Positions 1 to 13,263 of a stretch of DNA of 64,000 nt are shown here, piece by piece (the stretch's first letter is position 1; the number at the start of each line of letters is the position of its first letter). A program made the translations under genes and the position numbers. A model generated the notes under the pieces. It did no database searches and was not told the DNA's origin. It saw only the letters and a program-made list of their open reading frames with translations. This DNA is from Eledone cirrhosa (Eukaryota), in NCBI GenBank assembly GCA_964016885.1, contig OZ024741.1, forward strand, positions 144,460,001-144,524,000. Reading direction: 5' to 3'.

Positions 1-1635
1 AATAGGGGCTAGTATCAAAACTACCATAAAGGGCCACATATTCAAGTTCAACGAGAAGATCTACACCCAAAATGAAGGAGCAGCCATTGGCGTCAGCATA
101 GCTGGTAACGTTGCCAACCTTTTATGGTATGGTGGGAAAGGAGACTCAAAGATCTCCTTGATGAGAGCTCCATAGACCTCATCATGTACTCTCGTTACGT
201 AGACGACATCAATATAGTAATAAGGACATCCCACAAGAGAGCGCTAACACGTTTGATTTAGAACGTAGCACAATGGAAAGCATCCAGCAGATAGCTAATT
301 TCATACACCAGAGTATAACTGTAACTATCGACATCCCTTCCAAACACCCTAACAATAGACTACCTGTATTAGACACGGAACTCTGGATTAACACTATAGA
401 CGAGAGAGCCCAAATTCTCCACTCACACTATGCTAAATCCATGGCCTCCAAATACCTGATACTCAAAAACTCAGCAATGTCCAGTAGTGCTGATCGCAGA
501 CTTGGTAAGAGTGATGAAGAATGTGTCCCGCATGTGCGACCCAACAGAAATGGAAAGACACATCCAACACTTCATCAACCGCATGCAGTTCTCTGGCTAC
601 AACAAAAGAGACAGAATCAGAGTATACGAACGAGCCACGAAGAAGTATAAGACCCTCATAGAATTGGACATGAAAGGAATTTGCCCATTATACAGGAGCA
701 AATCATGGAATAGCTTAGATAGGACTAGACACAAAATAAGGGAAGCCACCTCATGGTACGACAACCAGAGATACCAGAGTGTGATGTTTGTGGACGCTAC
801 CCCTGGAGGGAAATTAGCTAACCAGTGTAGAAAGGCCCTGAGAAAGACCCACTTAAAGATTAAGGTGGTAGAAAAGCCAGGAACCACCATAAAAATCCCT
901 GATCAGCAAAACCTACCCTTTTAAGAAAACCCACTTTACTAATAGGAAATGTATCATATGTAAAGTAAACCCCCGGATAAACTGTAAAACTAGAAACGTA
1001 GTCTATAGCATAAGATGTACAGAGGGTTCTTGCAGAACTGGTAGTTATAGCTAATGTATAGTACTGAGGCCAAGGCTAAACAGAAAGAATGAATGGAATA
1101 ACAACAACACCCAAACAAACAACACTGACCTAAGAGAAGTATAAATAAATAAATAAATACATACACAAGCACAATAACAACAAACACATATAAACACACA
1201 CTAGTAAAGATAGAATACATTAACCAATACACAGTCACCCAATCACGAACACACATCAAACAAAACACTATACACACACGCAAACGCATGCGCAAAGAAG
1301 ACAAAATAAAAATAAAAAAAATAAATATATAAACAGACTAAATAAAGATGGCGTAGAAAATACAATGTAACGGGAGGAAACAATAGCACCACTGACGATG
1401 TTGCAGATATGCAATGAAAGAACTTTGATAAACTATATATATGTGTTTGTGTCTATATTGTATCTGTATTATTTTTAGACCGCTGGTCAGTCAATGGCAA
1501 CATTGAGGACCGAATAAATTAGATTACCGATATAAAAGACACAGAAGCGAAAAGCGAAAACCAACCAAACAGTCAGTGTGTTCTGTTCTTAATTCTGGCA
1601 ATATTACACAAATATGACCCTCCCCAAGTATAACA

Positions 1636-1638
<3 letters not shown>
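1..1638 (+). mobile_element. Penelope-like element family A, copy 1 (frameshifted RT C-terminal half, endonuclease region missing, pLTR); runs off window start
   Basis: Bases 1-1037 are near-identical to 7758-8795. Encodes GAAIG...SRYVDD RT motifs and ORFs 273-650 and 487-924. Ends at (TA)n. Confidence 0.9.
1387..1430 (+). ncRNA. Degenerate minimal type-I hammerhead ribozyme in PLE-A pLTR
   Basis: CACCA-CTGACGA-T-GTTGCA gata TGCAAT-GAAA-GAAC-TT-TGATA. Confidence 0.65.
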
Positions 1639-1705
<67 letters not shown>

Positions 1706-2008
1706 GTGTGTATATATATGTGTATATATGTATATATATATGTATATATACACACACACACATATATATATATATACATATGTGTGTGTGTGTGTGCGTG
1801 TTACCGGCATTGTGTAAAACAGGTATTATATAGAACATACAGTAAAATTATTAAATATGTGTATTTTATGCTTACTTTGTATCATTTACATACAAATGTT
1901 ATACATGACGTTGCTGTTCTATATCTTACATACAAGAAAGTATAATACTATACTACAAGCGTGCGACACTTTATTAACGAATTGAAATCGCTGAAAACTA
2001 AAGTAACT

Positions 2009-2705
2009 ATAATTGTTTCTACTTTTGGCACAAGGCCAGCAATTACCCAGTGTATTACTGGTACTTTATTTTATCGACCCGGTAAGGATGAAAGGCAAAG
2101 TTAACCTCGACGGGATTTGAACTAAAGTAACTATAATGGTTTATATTTTAGACACATGGCCAGCAATGTTAGAGGGTAGAGAAAGTCAATTATATCGACC
2201 ATGGTATTTAACTGGTCTTTAATTTATCAACACTAGAAGGATGAAAAGCAAAGTTGATCTCGGTTGGATTTGAACTCTGAACGTATAGTTGTAAGTAAAT
2301 ACCACATGGCATCTCATCTCTCGCGTTAACGACTCTGCTAAACCACCACCCTAACCTAAAATAATTGTTTCTACTTTTTACACAAGGCCAGCAATTATCC
2401 CAGTGCATTACTGGTACTTTATTTTATCGACACCGTAAGGATGAAAGGCGGAGTTAACCTCGGCGGGATTTGAACTCAAATCATAAAGGGTCGTAACTCC
2501 ATGCTGCAAAGCATGGCATCCGACCCTCTACCGATACTTACTAATCCAATAATAATAATATAATTGTTTCTACTTTTGGACAAGGCCAGCAATTACCCAG
2601 TGCATTACTGGTACTTTATTTTATCGACCCCGTAAGGATGAAAGGCAAAGTTAACCTCGGCGGGATTTGAACTCAGAATGGTAAGGGCCGTAACTCTATG
2701 CGTCA
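2009..2705 (-). mobile_element. Cluster of four tandem tRNA-derived SINE copies (dominant SINE family 1)
   Basis: B-box GAGTTCAAATCC on the minus strand, body GCCTTTCATCCTTACGGGGTCGATAAAATAAAGTACCAG, AAT tails. First copy has an 18-bp TSD (1996-2013/2120-2137). Confidence 0.9.
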
Positions 2706-3054
2706 ATAGTAATATAATGATATCACATCCATGAACATCGAATCTGTTGAATGTCTGGAAATAAAAGTAAGAAATTAAGCAGAAAAGAGAAGCAAAGAGA
2801 TTAAGATAGACCAGATTAGCAAGGATTTGTTTAATTCGTCATGATGTGACATGTACAGACGTCGAATGGTAAATTGGTAGTTTGGTAGCATGTTCAAGAT
2901 TGAATTTAATCGATTAGTGGAATGTGGTACGGATTTAAAGTGTAGCATTGTTTCGTGAAAGAATCACTGCTCGTTTGTTATTTTGTTCGTTCTATAATTA
3001 GTAGGTCAGTGGATTAGAGTCAAATGGAGATTAAATGAAAGATATACACCGACA

Positions 3055-3194
3055 AGGGGGAGAGAGGGGGAGAAGGACGAGAGACCTAAAGTGAGAGAGG
3101 GAAAATATGAGAAAGAGAGTGATGAGAGACAAAGTAAGAGATTAAGAGAGAGAGGAATGAAGTGAGACGATGGACACAACGTGAGACAGAGAGG

Positions 3195-3246
<52 letters not shown>

Positions 3247-3505
3247 GAGATATGAGATACATAAGGGGAAAGAAAGAGAGAGAGAGATGGGAGACACAGG
3301 TGGAGAGACAGATGGGGGAAGAGAGGTCAGATACACAAGGAGAGAGAGGGAGGAGGGAGATGAGAGAGAGAGAGGAAAGTGGACGATAGACACGATGAGA
3401 GTGATTAGAGAGAAGAGAAAGAGAGAGAGAGAAAGAGCGAGAGATAGGGTGAAGGGAGGAGAGAGGGGGAGAGAGATAGAGAGAAGAAAGAAAGCTAGGT
3501 GAGCC

Positions 3506-3590
<85 letters not shown>
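3055..3590. repeat. (GA)n-rich low-complexity tract
   Basis: Direct reading; source of the spurious ER/SL ORFs. Confidence 0.95.
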
Positions 3591-3850
3591 TTGGGAAGAG
3601 TGGAGGAGATTCGGAGTATGAAATCTAAATTAAAGATGAATTTAGACAGAGTATGAATGGAAAGAGAATGATTGAGTAAATTTGCGAAATGAATTGGAAT
3701 CAGATCCATCTTGAGAAATGAGGCCAAATGTTTTAGATGTGTTTTCGTCTTGAAAACGTTGGTAGTCCGGAATTAAGTCAAACTGTTAATATAAATACTC
3801 AACTTTCACGTGATGTGTTCATGCCTTTTTTTTCTTTCTTTTGTACCCAC

Positions 3851-3957
<107 letters not shown>

Positions 3958-4058
3958 TGTTATTCCTAGGAGCTGGACATATCGAGCTCTCAAGAGCGTG
4001 AAACTAATAAACCTTTGTTTGTACTGCCTCTCTCTTTTGTTCCCGTTCCATTTTTCAC

Positions 4059-4134
<76 letters not shown>

Positions 4135-4137
<3 letters not shown>

Positions 4138-4855
4138 GAACAAATAAAACAAAACAGACAGAGGCTTACAAAAATACAAAGTCTTATTAGGTTCACGCTT
4201 AGAGGAAGTGGAGGAAGGTACTACGTTTCGGACAGAAGTCTTTCGTCAGGAAGATGGAATGAGCGAGGAAAAGGTGGCAGGTGGAACAGAGGAGAAAAAA
4301 GGTTTGAGGGAGGTCACGGTTGATGGTGAGGATTTTGGAGAGGGTGGAACGGAAAGTGGCGCGCATGAGAAGACGGGAAGAACGGGTTAGGATGGGTTCA
4401 GTGGAGGGGTACGAGTAGGTTTTGGCGTTGAAGCGAAGGCGAAACCCCCGGGGGATGAGATTGAGATGAAGGCAACTGCAGGGGAATTTCATCGGGTTTT
4501 TGCGGGAAGGAGGGCTGAGATTTTAAGTGCGGGCTGGAAGTAGCAGAGGGAAAGAAGGGGGCGAGAAAGTGTTTAAGGCGGAAGTGGAGGTTGTGGAGGA
4601 ACGTTTTTTGGGTTAGGCATGGTAGGCGAGGAGGCGCGAGGATGGTGACATGAGAGGAGTACCCTGTAGGGAGAGAAAGAGCGCTGGCGGGTGAGAAGGA
4701 AAGAAATTGAGGCAAAAATTAAAGAAGAAAAAGTGGTCGAGGAGGTTCACGGAAAATTGGAGAAGTGCAAAAGCAGTTCAAAGTCCGGCAATCCGAAGGC
4801 TGGTTAACCCGTGGTAATCCGTATTCCCGGTAACTATCCACATATAAACAGCGCG
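4135..4855 (-). mobile_element. PLE fragment (ORF N-terminus plus pLTR with hammerhead motif)
   Basis: ORF 4199-4492 has CLHLNLIPRGFRLRF, resembling PLE ORF N-termini. Minus strand 4252-4221 reads CTGACGA-AAGAC ttct GTCC-GAAACGT. Confidence 0.6.
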
Positions 4856-4857
4856 CG

Positions 4858-4904
<47 letters not shown>

Positions 4905-5403
4905 ATGTGTGTGTGTGTGTGTATGTGTGTGTGTGTGTGTGTGTGTGCGTGCGTGTGTGTCGTAAAATGTGGACAGAAGATAACAAAATTATATAGCATC
5001 ACTGGAAACTGAACAATGCAATACTGGCATAAACATTCTTTTTATAGCTGTTCACTGGAGGTCAGTGAGATTTCGTCATTTAGAACAGGATTGGTACCTA
5101 TCAGTTGAGGCAGTAACTGTAAAGAAATAGCTATTAAGTAACATAACAAGCAAGACAAGGCAAGCAGCTCAAGATACATATTAGAATCTCTCAGCAAAGG
5201 ATCAAGAGATACCGTGAGAATGCGAGTATATACAGAAAACTGCATATTAAAAAGATCTTTCGACTGAAATAAATTCACGAAAAAACAGAACGATATAGGA
5301 TTGTGCAGGAAAGTAACGATGTGGAAAAAAGTAAATAATGATAGTTATTCAAACACGGCCGTTGAACAAACATCACAGGGAGAGCGATAGTGGAAAATCA
5401 CAA

Positions 5404-5444
<41 letters not shown>

Positions 5445-5484
5445 CGTATATGTATATATATATATATATATATGTACATATATG

Positions 5485-5545
<61 letters not shown>

Positions 5546-5570
5546 TGTATATATAATATATGTATATATG

Positions 5571-5603
<33 letters not shown>

Positions 5604-5648
5604 GTGTGTATGTGTGTGTGTATGTGTTTGTGTATATGTATATGTATA

Positions 5649-5683
<35 letters not shown>

Positions 5684-5789
5684 ATATATATATATGTGTG
5701 TATATGTGTGTATATATATATGTATGTGTGTGTATATATATATACATGTATATGTGTGTATATATATGTATATGCATATGTATGTATGC

Positions 5790-5874
<85 letters not shown>

Positions 5875-6179
5875 TATATATGTGTGTGTGTATACACGCA
5901 TACATACAAACATACACTTACACACATACATACAACCGTCTATACATATTAACCTATAACCTCTGATTCAAGACTGTCCACTAATCACAGACATTTACTC
6001 CGGACATACTGACTTGGTCAACTCTGTCCAACACTTCCCTATGTAATATGTATGGTATAATGGAATCTCGACCATTCACCTGTGTCACTCTGCAACTGGT
6101 AGTCACTGCACTGGACACTGGACGTGACACCACATCACATTAGCTATAACTACCAGCGGTAATGTTTTCTTAATGCTCT

Positions 6180-6370
<191 letters not shown>

Positions 6371-6675
6371 ATGCTGCTGTTGCTGCTGCCACTGTACTCT
6401 AGGAGTGAAAGGATGGAGGTGGTTGTATGTGATTTTCACAGACTTTGGTGACAAATAATTTGAGGTCATTACAAACGGTAACAGATACCGAATCACAGAG
6501 ACAGCTAATAAATAGACTATACTTTTATCTGTTTCAAAGCCTCGGTCTCAGCTGTCTAATTTAGGGATTTATTTAATTACCTTCACTCCCACCCCATTTT
6601 CCATTTGATCCCTTCTATTATAGATTATTTTCAGCCCACAACACTCCATTGTCCTGGTTATTATAAACAACCCAA

Positions 6676-6890
6676 GGGCGGTAGATTGGCAGTAACGGTA
6701 GAACGCCGACACTCTACTTTGCAGCATAGAGTTAAACCCCTTTACGTTCTGAGTTCAAATCCTGCCGAGTTTAGATTTGCCTTTCATCCTTATGGGGTCG
6801 ATAATATAAAGCACCAGTAATGCACTGAGGTCGATTTAATCGACTTTCCCCCCTCTTCAAATTGCTGGCCTTGTACCTAAAGTAGAAACA
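6676..6890 (+). mobile_element. SINE family 1, near full length
   Basis: tRNA-like head with GAGTTCAAATCC, central GCCTTTCATCCTTATGGGGTCGATAA, 3' TTGCTGGCCTTGT...AGAAAC. Confidence 0.88.
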
Positions 6891-6995
6891 AGTATAAGCA
6901 ATCTAAATCATTTTCGGTGTTTATGGTATCTGAAAAGAAACATAGAAAACACCTGAATGGTCCAGATTTGTACTTTACAGTAAGCACAAATAATG

Positions 6996-7072
<77 letters not shown>

Positions 7073-7141
7073 ACGTGTACCTATTGTTTACTTTGTGAGG
7101 ATCATACTGCCGGTATATATATATATATATATATACTGGCA

Positions 7142-7149
<8 letters not shown>

Positions 7150-7174
<25 letters not shown>

Positions 7175-7700
7175 TATGTATACGTACATACATATATGTA
7201 TACAGACGTACAGTAGTATGTATACATATATACATACATGCACACATATATATATATGTACGTATGGATTCACCAAACATTTATTATAATGCTCGGTGTG
7301 TTTGTAAACAAACATCCCGTATCAAGCGGTAGTGTCTAGCAACCACCGTTGCTCGTTTGTTCAACACTGCCAAAGGAAGGCTGTACTAGTTTCAAGCTTG
7401 TTAGCTATCGTCAGCAACGTATACCTCCCTGCCAGATAGTTTAACGTCTGAAAGTATATACTTTCCTTATGCATATTAACGGCTGAGTAGCACAATTTGC
7501 ATATCGAGTGGGTTAATCGGCCGTATACATATATGTATACATATATATATGTACGTCTGTATACATATATGTATGTACGTATATATACTTATATTTAAGT
7601 AACAGCCGTACTAAGAGTGGGAAATGAAATTTCGTTTCGTTTTTTCCGTTTATCGTTTTCGGTGCACCCGGCCTATTAACCCACTCGATATGCAAATTAC
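7150..7700. mobile_element. Hammerhead-bearing fold-back repeat family D, copy 1
   Basis: Homologous to 55255-55735; internal inverted repeats; hammerhead at 7380-7418. Confidence 0.75.
7380..7418 (-). ncRNA. Minimal type-I hammerhead ribozyme
   Basis: Minus strand: GTTG-CTGACGA-T-AGC taacaa GCT-T-GAAA-CTAG-TA^CAGC; palindromic ACTAGT helix III. Confidence 0.8.
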
Positions 7701-7723
7701 GCCCCCCCCCCCCCCAAAAAAAA

Positions 7724-9633
7724 ACAATGATCAGGTAAGAAAAATGGTCGCACATGCAATAGGGGCTAGTATCAAAACTACCATAAAGGGCCACATATTC
7801 AAGTTCAACGAGAAGATCTACACCCAAAATGAAGGAGCAGCCATTGGCGTCAGCATAGCTGGTAACGTTGCCAACCTTTTTATGGTATGGTGGGAAAGGA
7901 GACTCAAAGATCTCCTTGATGAGAGCTCCATAGACCTCATCATGTACTCTCGTTACGTAGACGACATCAATATAGTAATAAGGACATCCCCACAAGAGAG
8001 CACTAACACGTTTGATTTAGAACGTAGCACAATGGAAAGCATCCAGCAGATAGCTAATTTCATACACCAGAGTATAACTGTAACTATCGACATCCCTTCC
8101 AAACACCCTAACAATAGACTACCTGTATTAGACACGGAACTCTGGATTAACACTATAGACGAGAGAGCCCAAATTCTCCACTCATACTATGCTAAATCCA
8201 TGGCCTCCAAATACCTGATACTCAAAAACTCAGCAATGTCCACTAGTGCTGATCGCAGACTTGGTAAGAGTGATGAAGAATGTGTCCCGCATGTGCGACC
8301 CAACAGAAATGGGAAGACATCCAACACTTCATCAACCGCATGCAGTTCTCTGGCTACAACCAAAGAGACAGAATCAGAGTATACGAAGGAGCGACGGAGA
8401 AGTATAAGACCCTAATAGAATTGGACATGAAAGGAATTTGCCCATTATACAGGAGCAAATCATGGAATAGCTTAGATAGGACTAGACACAAGATAAGGGA
8501 AGCCACCTCATGGTACGACAACCAGAGATACCAGAGTGTGATGTTTGTGGACGCTACGCCTGGAGGGAAATTAGCTAACCAGTGTAGAAAGGCCCTGAGA
8601 AAGACCCACTTAAAGATTAAGGTGGTAGAAAAGCCAGGAACCACCATAAAAATCCCTGATCAGCAAAACCTACCCTTTTAAGAAAACCCACTGTACTAAT
8701 AGGAAATGTATCATATGTAAAGTAAACTCCCGGATTAAACTGTAAAACTAGAAGCGTAGTCTATAGCATAAGATGTACAGAGGGTTCTTGCAGAAACATG
8801 ACGACAACATGACAGCTCGTAGCTTAGGTGAAAAGATAGACCAACACTGCTGGGAACTAAAAGGACGAAAAAACGGTTCAGTACTATACGAACATGCCAG
8901 ACAACAACACAACGGTAACATAGACAACATAGAAGTTAGAATAATATCTAAACATAGAAATGACCCAGCAGATAGGCAAATCAGAGAGGCCAGCGAAACA
9001 GAACTTAGCAGGCCAAGGGTAAACAGAAAAAAATGAATGGAATAACAACAATACCCAAACAAACAACAGTGACCTAAGAGAAGTATAAATAAATAAATAA
9101 ATAAATACATAAACAAGCACAATAACAACAAACACATATAAACACACACTAGTAAACTAAGATAGAATACATTAACCAATACACAGTTACCCAAACAAGA
9201 GCACACATCAAACAAAACACTATACACACACGCAAACGCATGTGCAGAGAAGACAAAAAAATAAACAAATAAATAAATAAATAAATAAATAAAGAGACTA
9301 AATAAAGATGGCGTAAGCATACAATGCAACGGGAGGAAATATAATAGCACCACTGACGATGCTGCAGATGTGCAACGAAAGAATTTTGATAGACTATATA
9401 TATGTGTTTGTGTCTATATTGTATCTGTATGTTTGACCGTTGGTCAGTCAATGGTAACACTGAGGACCGAATAAATTAAATTAACCGATATAAAAGACAC
9501 AGAAGCGAAAACCAACCAAACAGTGAGTGTGTTCTGTTATTAATTCTGGCAATATTATACAAATATGACCCTCTCCAAGTATAACAATAACTGTTTCGAC
9601 ACACGATTTCATATCAAAAACCTTGCAAAACTA
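7724..9633 (+). mobile_element. Penelope-like element family A, copy 2 (5'-truncated, frameshifted RT, GIY-YIG remnant, pLTR and tail)
   Basis: ORF 7624-8415 (YTQNEGAAIG...YSRYVDD), ORF 8280-8681, Cys-rich linker, ORF 8773-9036 (ARSL...LYEHARQQH...RQIREA); hammerhead motif 9348-9391. Confidence 0.92.
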
Positions 9634-9765
9634 ATATATATATATATATACATATATGTATATATACCGGCAGTAAGACCGGTATATATATATGAATTAT
9701 ACATATATATATAGAATTATTAAAACAATGAAAATAAACAAAAACGGTTAATTCATAGTAAAACT

Positions 9766-9896
9766 CATTATTTTACGATCGTTTCTGGGGGTAGTTCCCC
9801 GTATGTCCATTCTATTATTGATCTATGTAAAATATATTACAAAATATCATAGTAAGAAAATATACATACGTAATCACTACGTCTTCAGAAATAATG
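9766..9896 (-). ncRNA. Type-I hammerhead with 96-nt helix-II region
   Basis: Minus strand: CATTATTT-CTGAAGA-[96 nt]-GAAA-CGATCG-TA^AAATAATG; perfect 8-bp helix I. Confidence 0.8.
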
Positions 9897-10732
9897 AATT
9901 TTGTTTATTGAAGAATACAAAAAATCATACATAAGAATAAGTAACGTGTTATAACCAGGTTGAGGTTGACCAATAGTAAGAAAAGGAAGGGGCAGTATAG
10001 ATCCTTAAGTTGGTAGTAGTAGATGAATAAATAAGCCGTCAGGGGATGAGATATCAAATGACTTTTAAGAAAAGAAATGAAAGTTGCTAGTGTAAATGAA
10101 TTTAGACATATTGTATATAAAAAGTGTTGATGGTCAAAGAAGATTACGGTTGGAGGAAAAGGGGCACCGAGATTAGTGTGTTACATCAAGTAGAATGATA
10201 TAGAACAATCTTAAAATGTTTGTTATTTCTTTGTTGATAGGAATAATTTGTTCTAAAAATATATAATATAATGAGTAGAGGAATATAAATGGAACCAAAT
10301 GGAAATAAAATTTGGATTAAATATAGATAAAAAATAGATAAAAAATAGATAAAATATTATATAGGTAAGAAAATACGAAAGTTTGTGTAAGTATTGTATT
10401 GTGTTAGAGTGGTTAGAATGAAGTTTTCCCTGTAGGGAATTATATTTTCGAATAAGAATCTACATTAATAATCTGTTTTTTTTAAAATTCACTATACAAG
10501 ATACATTCAACTATCAGTTTGACAATCCCCTTCCTTCCTAATAGATTTTTATGCCATTTCTACTAACACCTTTCAACCATTCCTTTCAAAGGGTCATGAC
10601 CTCAACTAAAGTGTATTACTTTTCATCTTAACAGCATATGAAAAAAACAATTTGATTCGTTAGTTCTTCAACTACCGCCAAATATGGACATGATACTAAT
10701 TCTGAGTAAAATTATTATTGAATAAAATTATT

Positions 10733-10868
10733 ATTGCTTTTGAAAACAGCTGGTGATATGCATGTAAGTAAATATTCTCTCTATCTGATAGTTTGTAAAC
10801 TTACATAAATCAATAACTGAGTATAGATACAATGTATTATCACCATCTAGAAACGATCGTAAAGCAGT
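10733..10868 (+). ncRNA. Type-I hammerhead, U3:A8 core variant, 103-nt helix-II region
   Basis: ATTGCTT-TTGAAAA-cagcTGGTGATA...TATCACCAtcta-GAAA-CGATCG-TA^AAGCAGT. Confidence 0.72.
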
Positions 10869-11045
10869 GAAGTATATCTCTAATGACTTGAATTTTTATT
10901 TCATTGTTTTAACTTATATCATGACTCTGTTTTCCTTTTAATGTTTTATTGTTTTCTGAGATTTATCTTAACCTACAACATTTTCAACATATGGATTACA
11001 TTGAGTTCTTCATACAGAATAGACCCCATATATATATAGACTCTG

Positions 11046-11076
<31 letters not shown>

Positions 11077-11080
11077 CTAT

Positions 11081-11905
11081 CTAAGGCGGGTAAAATTCCC
11101 GAGATCCATGGACGAGTTCTCTCCAGCGGTCTCTGTCCTTCATTATCGCTGCCATATCCTGCATCTCCAACAGACCAGTGTCTGTCCTTAGGGCATCAAC
11201 ATATGTTAACCTTGGTCTTCCTCTTCTAGTGTGTCCATGTAGGGGCTCCCAAAGGAGCACTGAGTGCAATGTCAACTCTGGATGTCGGTGAGCATGTCCA
11301 GCCAACCTCAGTCTCCTCTGGCTTTACTGTAGCACCGGCTCAGAGCAGGAGAGTTGGGACGAAAAAGGTATCGGATGCTGAATTTGCCGACGACATAGTT
11401 TTGTTGACAAATACAGTGAAGGAGGCAGAGAATTTGATGCGGGAGGTTGAGACTGTGTCGATGAGTGTGGGGCTGAGAATGAATGAGATTAAAACAAAAT
11501 ATCTGGTAGAGAATGTTGAGAAGCCAGAGGGGATCACTAATGTAGGCGGGAAGCCGCTGGAATTGGTTGAGGACTTCCTGTATTTGGGAGCAAAGATTGG
11601 GAATACGGAAGATGATGTGGTTGAGAGGAAGAGCAAGGCCTGGGCGGCGTGTCACAGCTTGAGATCGGTGTGGAAGTCGGACCTTCGTAGAGACCTGAAA
11701 ATCCGCCTCTTCATTGCTGTAGTGGAGTCTGTGCTGCTGTATGGGTCTGAGACTTGGACACTGACCAAGAGACTCACTCAGATGGTTGATGGGTGCTACA
11801 CGAGAATGCTGAGGATGGCTCTGAACATTAATCAGTATACACTGAGGATGAAAAACTCAGAGCTGTATGGGAGCATCCCAAAAGTCAGCTCAAAAGTGAC
11901 ACAAA
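11081..11905 (-). mobile_element. RTE-clade LINE 3' fragment with 5' inversion
   Basis: Plus segment encodes FADD...LLYGSETW...KVSSKVT. Minus segment continues QRRLRLAGH...RGRP...DRDRWR. Confidence 0.9.
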
Positions 11906-11991
<86 letters not shown>

Positions 11992-11994
<3 letters not shown>

Positions 11995-12183
11995 CGAAGG
12001 AAATGTGGTAAGGAACCAGGTGGACCATAACGCACCAAAGTACTCAATATTTAGGGTAGTAGAGTGGGTAATAGGAGCGAGTAGAACCCCGACGGCTGAG
12101 CTCAAGCCGTTTCGACGGCTAATTCTGGACTCAGAATTAGCCGTCGAAACGGCGTGAGCTCAGCCGTCGGGGTCCTACTCGTT

Positions 12184-12188
<5 letters not shown>
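11992..12188. mobile_element. Fold-back mini-element family E (about 80-nt tail plus near-perfect hairpin). Other copies: 14049-14223, 17064-17228, 17302-17493, 35760-35939 (reversed); partials 18190-18259, 27530-27590
   Basis: ATAGG..ACCCCGACGGCTGAGCTCAAGCCGTTTCGAC / GTCGAAACGGC..GAGCTCAGCCGTCGGGGT..CCTAT, next to (TA)n or (CA)n tracts. Confidence 0.88.
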
Positions 12189-12219
<31 letters not shown>

Positions 12220-13263
12220 GTCTACCTATTGACCAGTTAATTTTCTTGATTTTTTTTAGTTGATTCTATTGACTGATGAATAGCTTATTTTAACTTATAA
12301 CCATTCTGTTGAGAGCTTTATTCGATTTGTGATGTTTTGCACTCTTGCAATAATATACACAACTGAATTCATTCGCCTAAAATAAGGGTTGCCTCCCTTG
12401 CCGAGCTCCACGTGGGGTCGGTAACAGTCATTCTTTAAATTAACACTCGTCAAAATATGGTCTGAAATATGCGTATTACATATGTCATTCATTAGGAAAT
12501 TGCCCACAAGTTTGTGAGCAGATGAAATATACTTCAGCGTGGAAATGGAAAGCATCTATGCTAATAGCGGCGAGCGTCATTCCCAAATTGACTTTATTCA
12601 TCACCTACAGAGTTATAATAATTTACATATACTATTCCTCCTCTATATTACTAACCTCTTTCTGCTGTCCAAACTACATTGTTTGGTCCCTCCTCTTTCG
12701 TAATGACGGTGTCTGGACCTACGCGGAATCCACCCTCCTCACCACCCCATTTTATCTTCTAGACTTTGTTAAAACTAAAGATTTCTAATTACTCTGATTC
12801 GGGACATAAAGGTTGATAACGTATTACTAGTAACAAATGGTTTATTTATACTGATGTTGGTATTTGTACATGGCTTGCCACCGAAAAGACCTGTCTCGAG
12901 ATTCAGTACAACGTACAGGTATTGGAAATCCCAGTTTGATAGATCCTGAGGTAATGTAGTAGGTAACTGCTTATGATTTCCAAATGTTTCCAGCTATCAG
13001 ACATTGTATCACTATTTCTCGTGCCACATCGATACATCGATAACATTTAGCGCAACTTATATTTGGCTTAGTGATTCCAATGCACACAACCACTCATATA
13101 CTTCTTTCATCCCGAAAACACTCCTCTCTCAATTATCTGTACGTTTCATCTACATTTCACCCACCTCGCAACTTTCCATCCCTCCATAGCGATCACTGGT
13201 CATTGTTTTCTGTCCTTAGGTGTATTTTTACTCGACTTATATGGTCTTATCATTGACGACATC

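Larger units (their letters stand above)
9715..11030. mobile_element. Two opposed PLE family-B pLTR arms (about 9715-10480 minus; about 10495-11030 plus with tail)
   Basis: Right arm matches the reverse complement of 23770-24200 and matches 27331-27470. Each arm carries an extended hammerhead. Confidence 0.75.

Noticed and set aside
3086-3727. 213-aa SL-rich ORF
   Set aside because: Product of the (GA)n tract.
5042-5278. Possible host exon on the minus strand (TTTCAG acceptor near 5263)
   Set aside because: No recognisable domain or partner exons; cannot be supported without RNA data.
5345-5966. Long [12 protein letters not shown] ORFs here and throughout the window
   Set aside because: Translations of (TA)n, (CA)n and (TATG)n microsatellites; no coding evidence.
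7724-9036. Selenocysteine-recoded PLE ORF
   Set aside because: The breaks are frameshifts and deletions, not in-frame TGA at Cys positions; no SECIS recognised.
7105-9675. TACTGCCGGTATA / TATACCGGCAGTA as TIRs of a 2.5-kb DNA transposon
   Set aside because: The motif is short, also forms a local palindrome at 7105-7144, and no TSD or transposase is evident.
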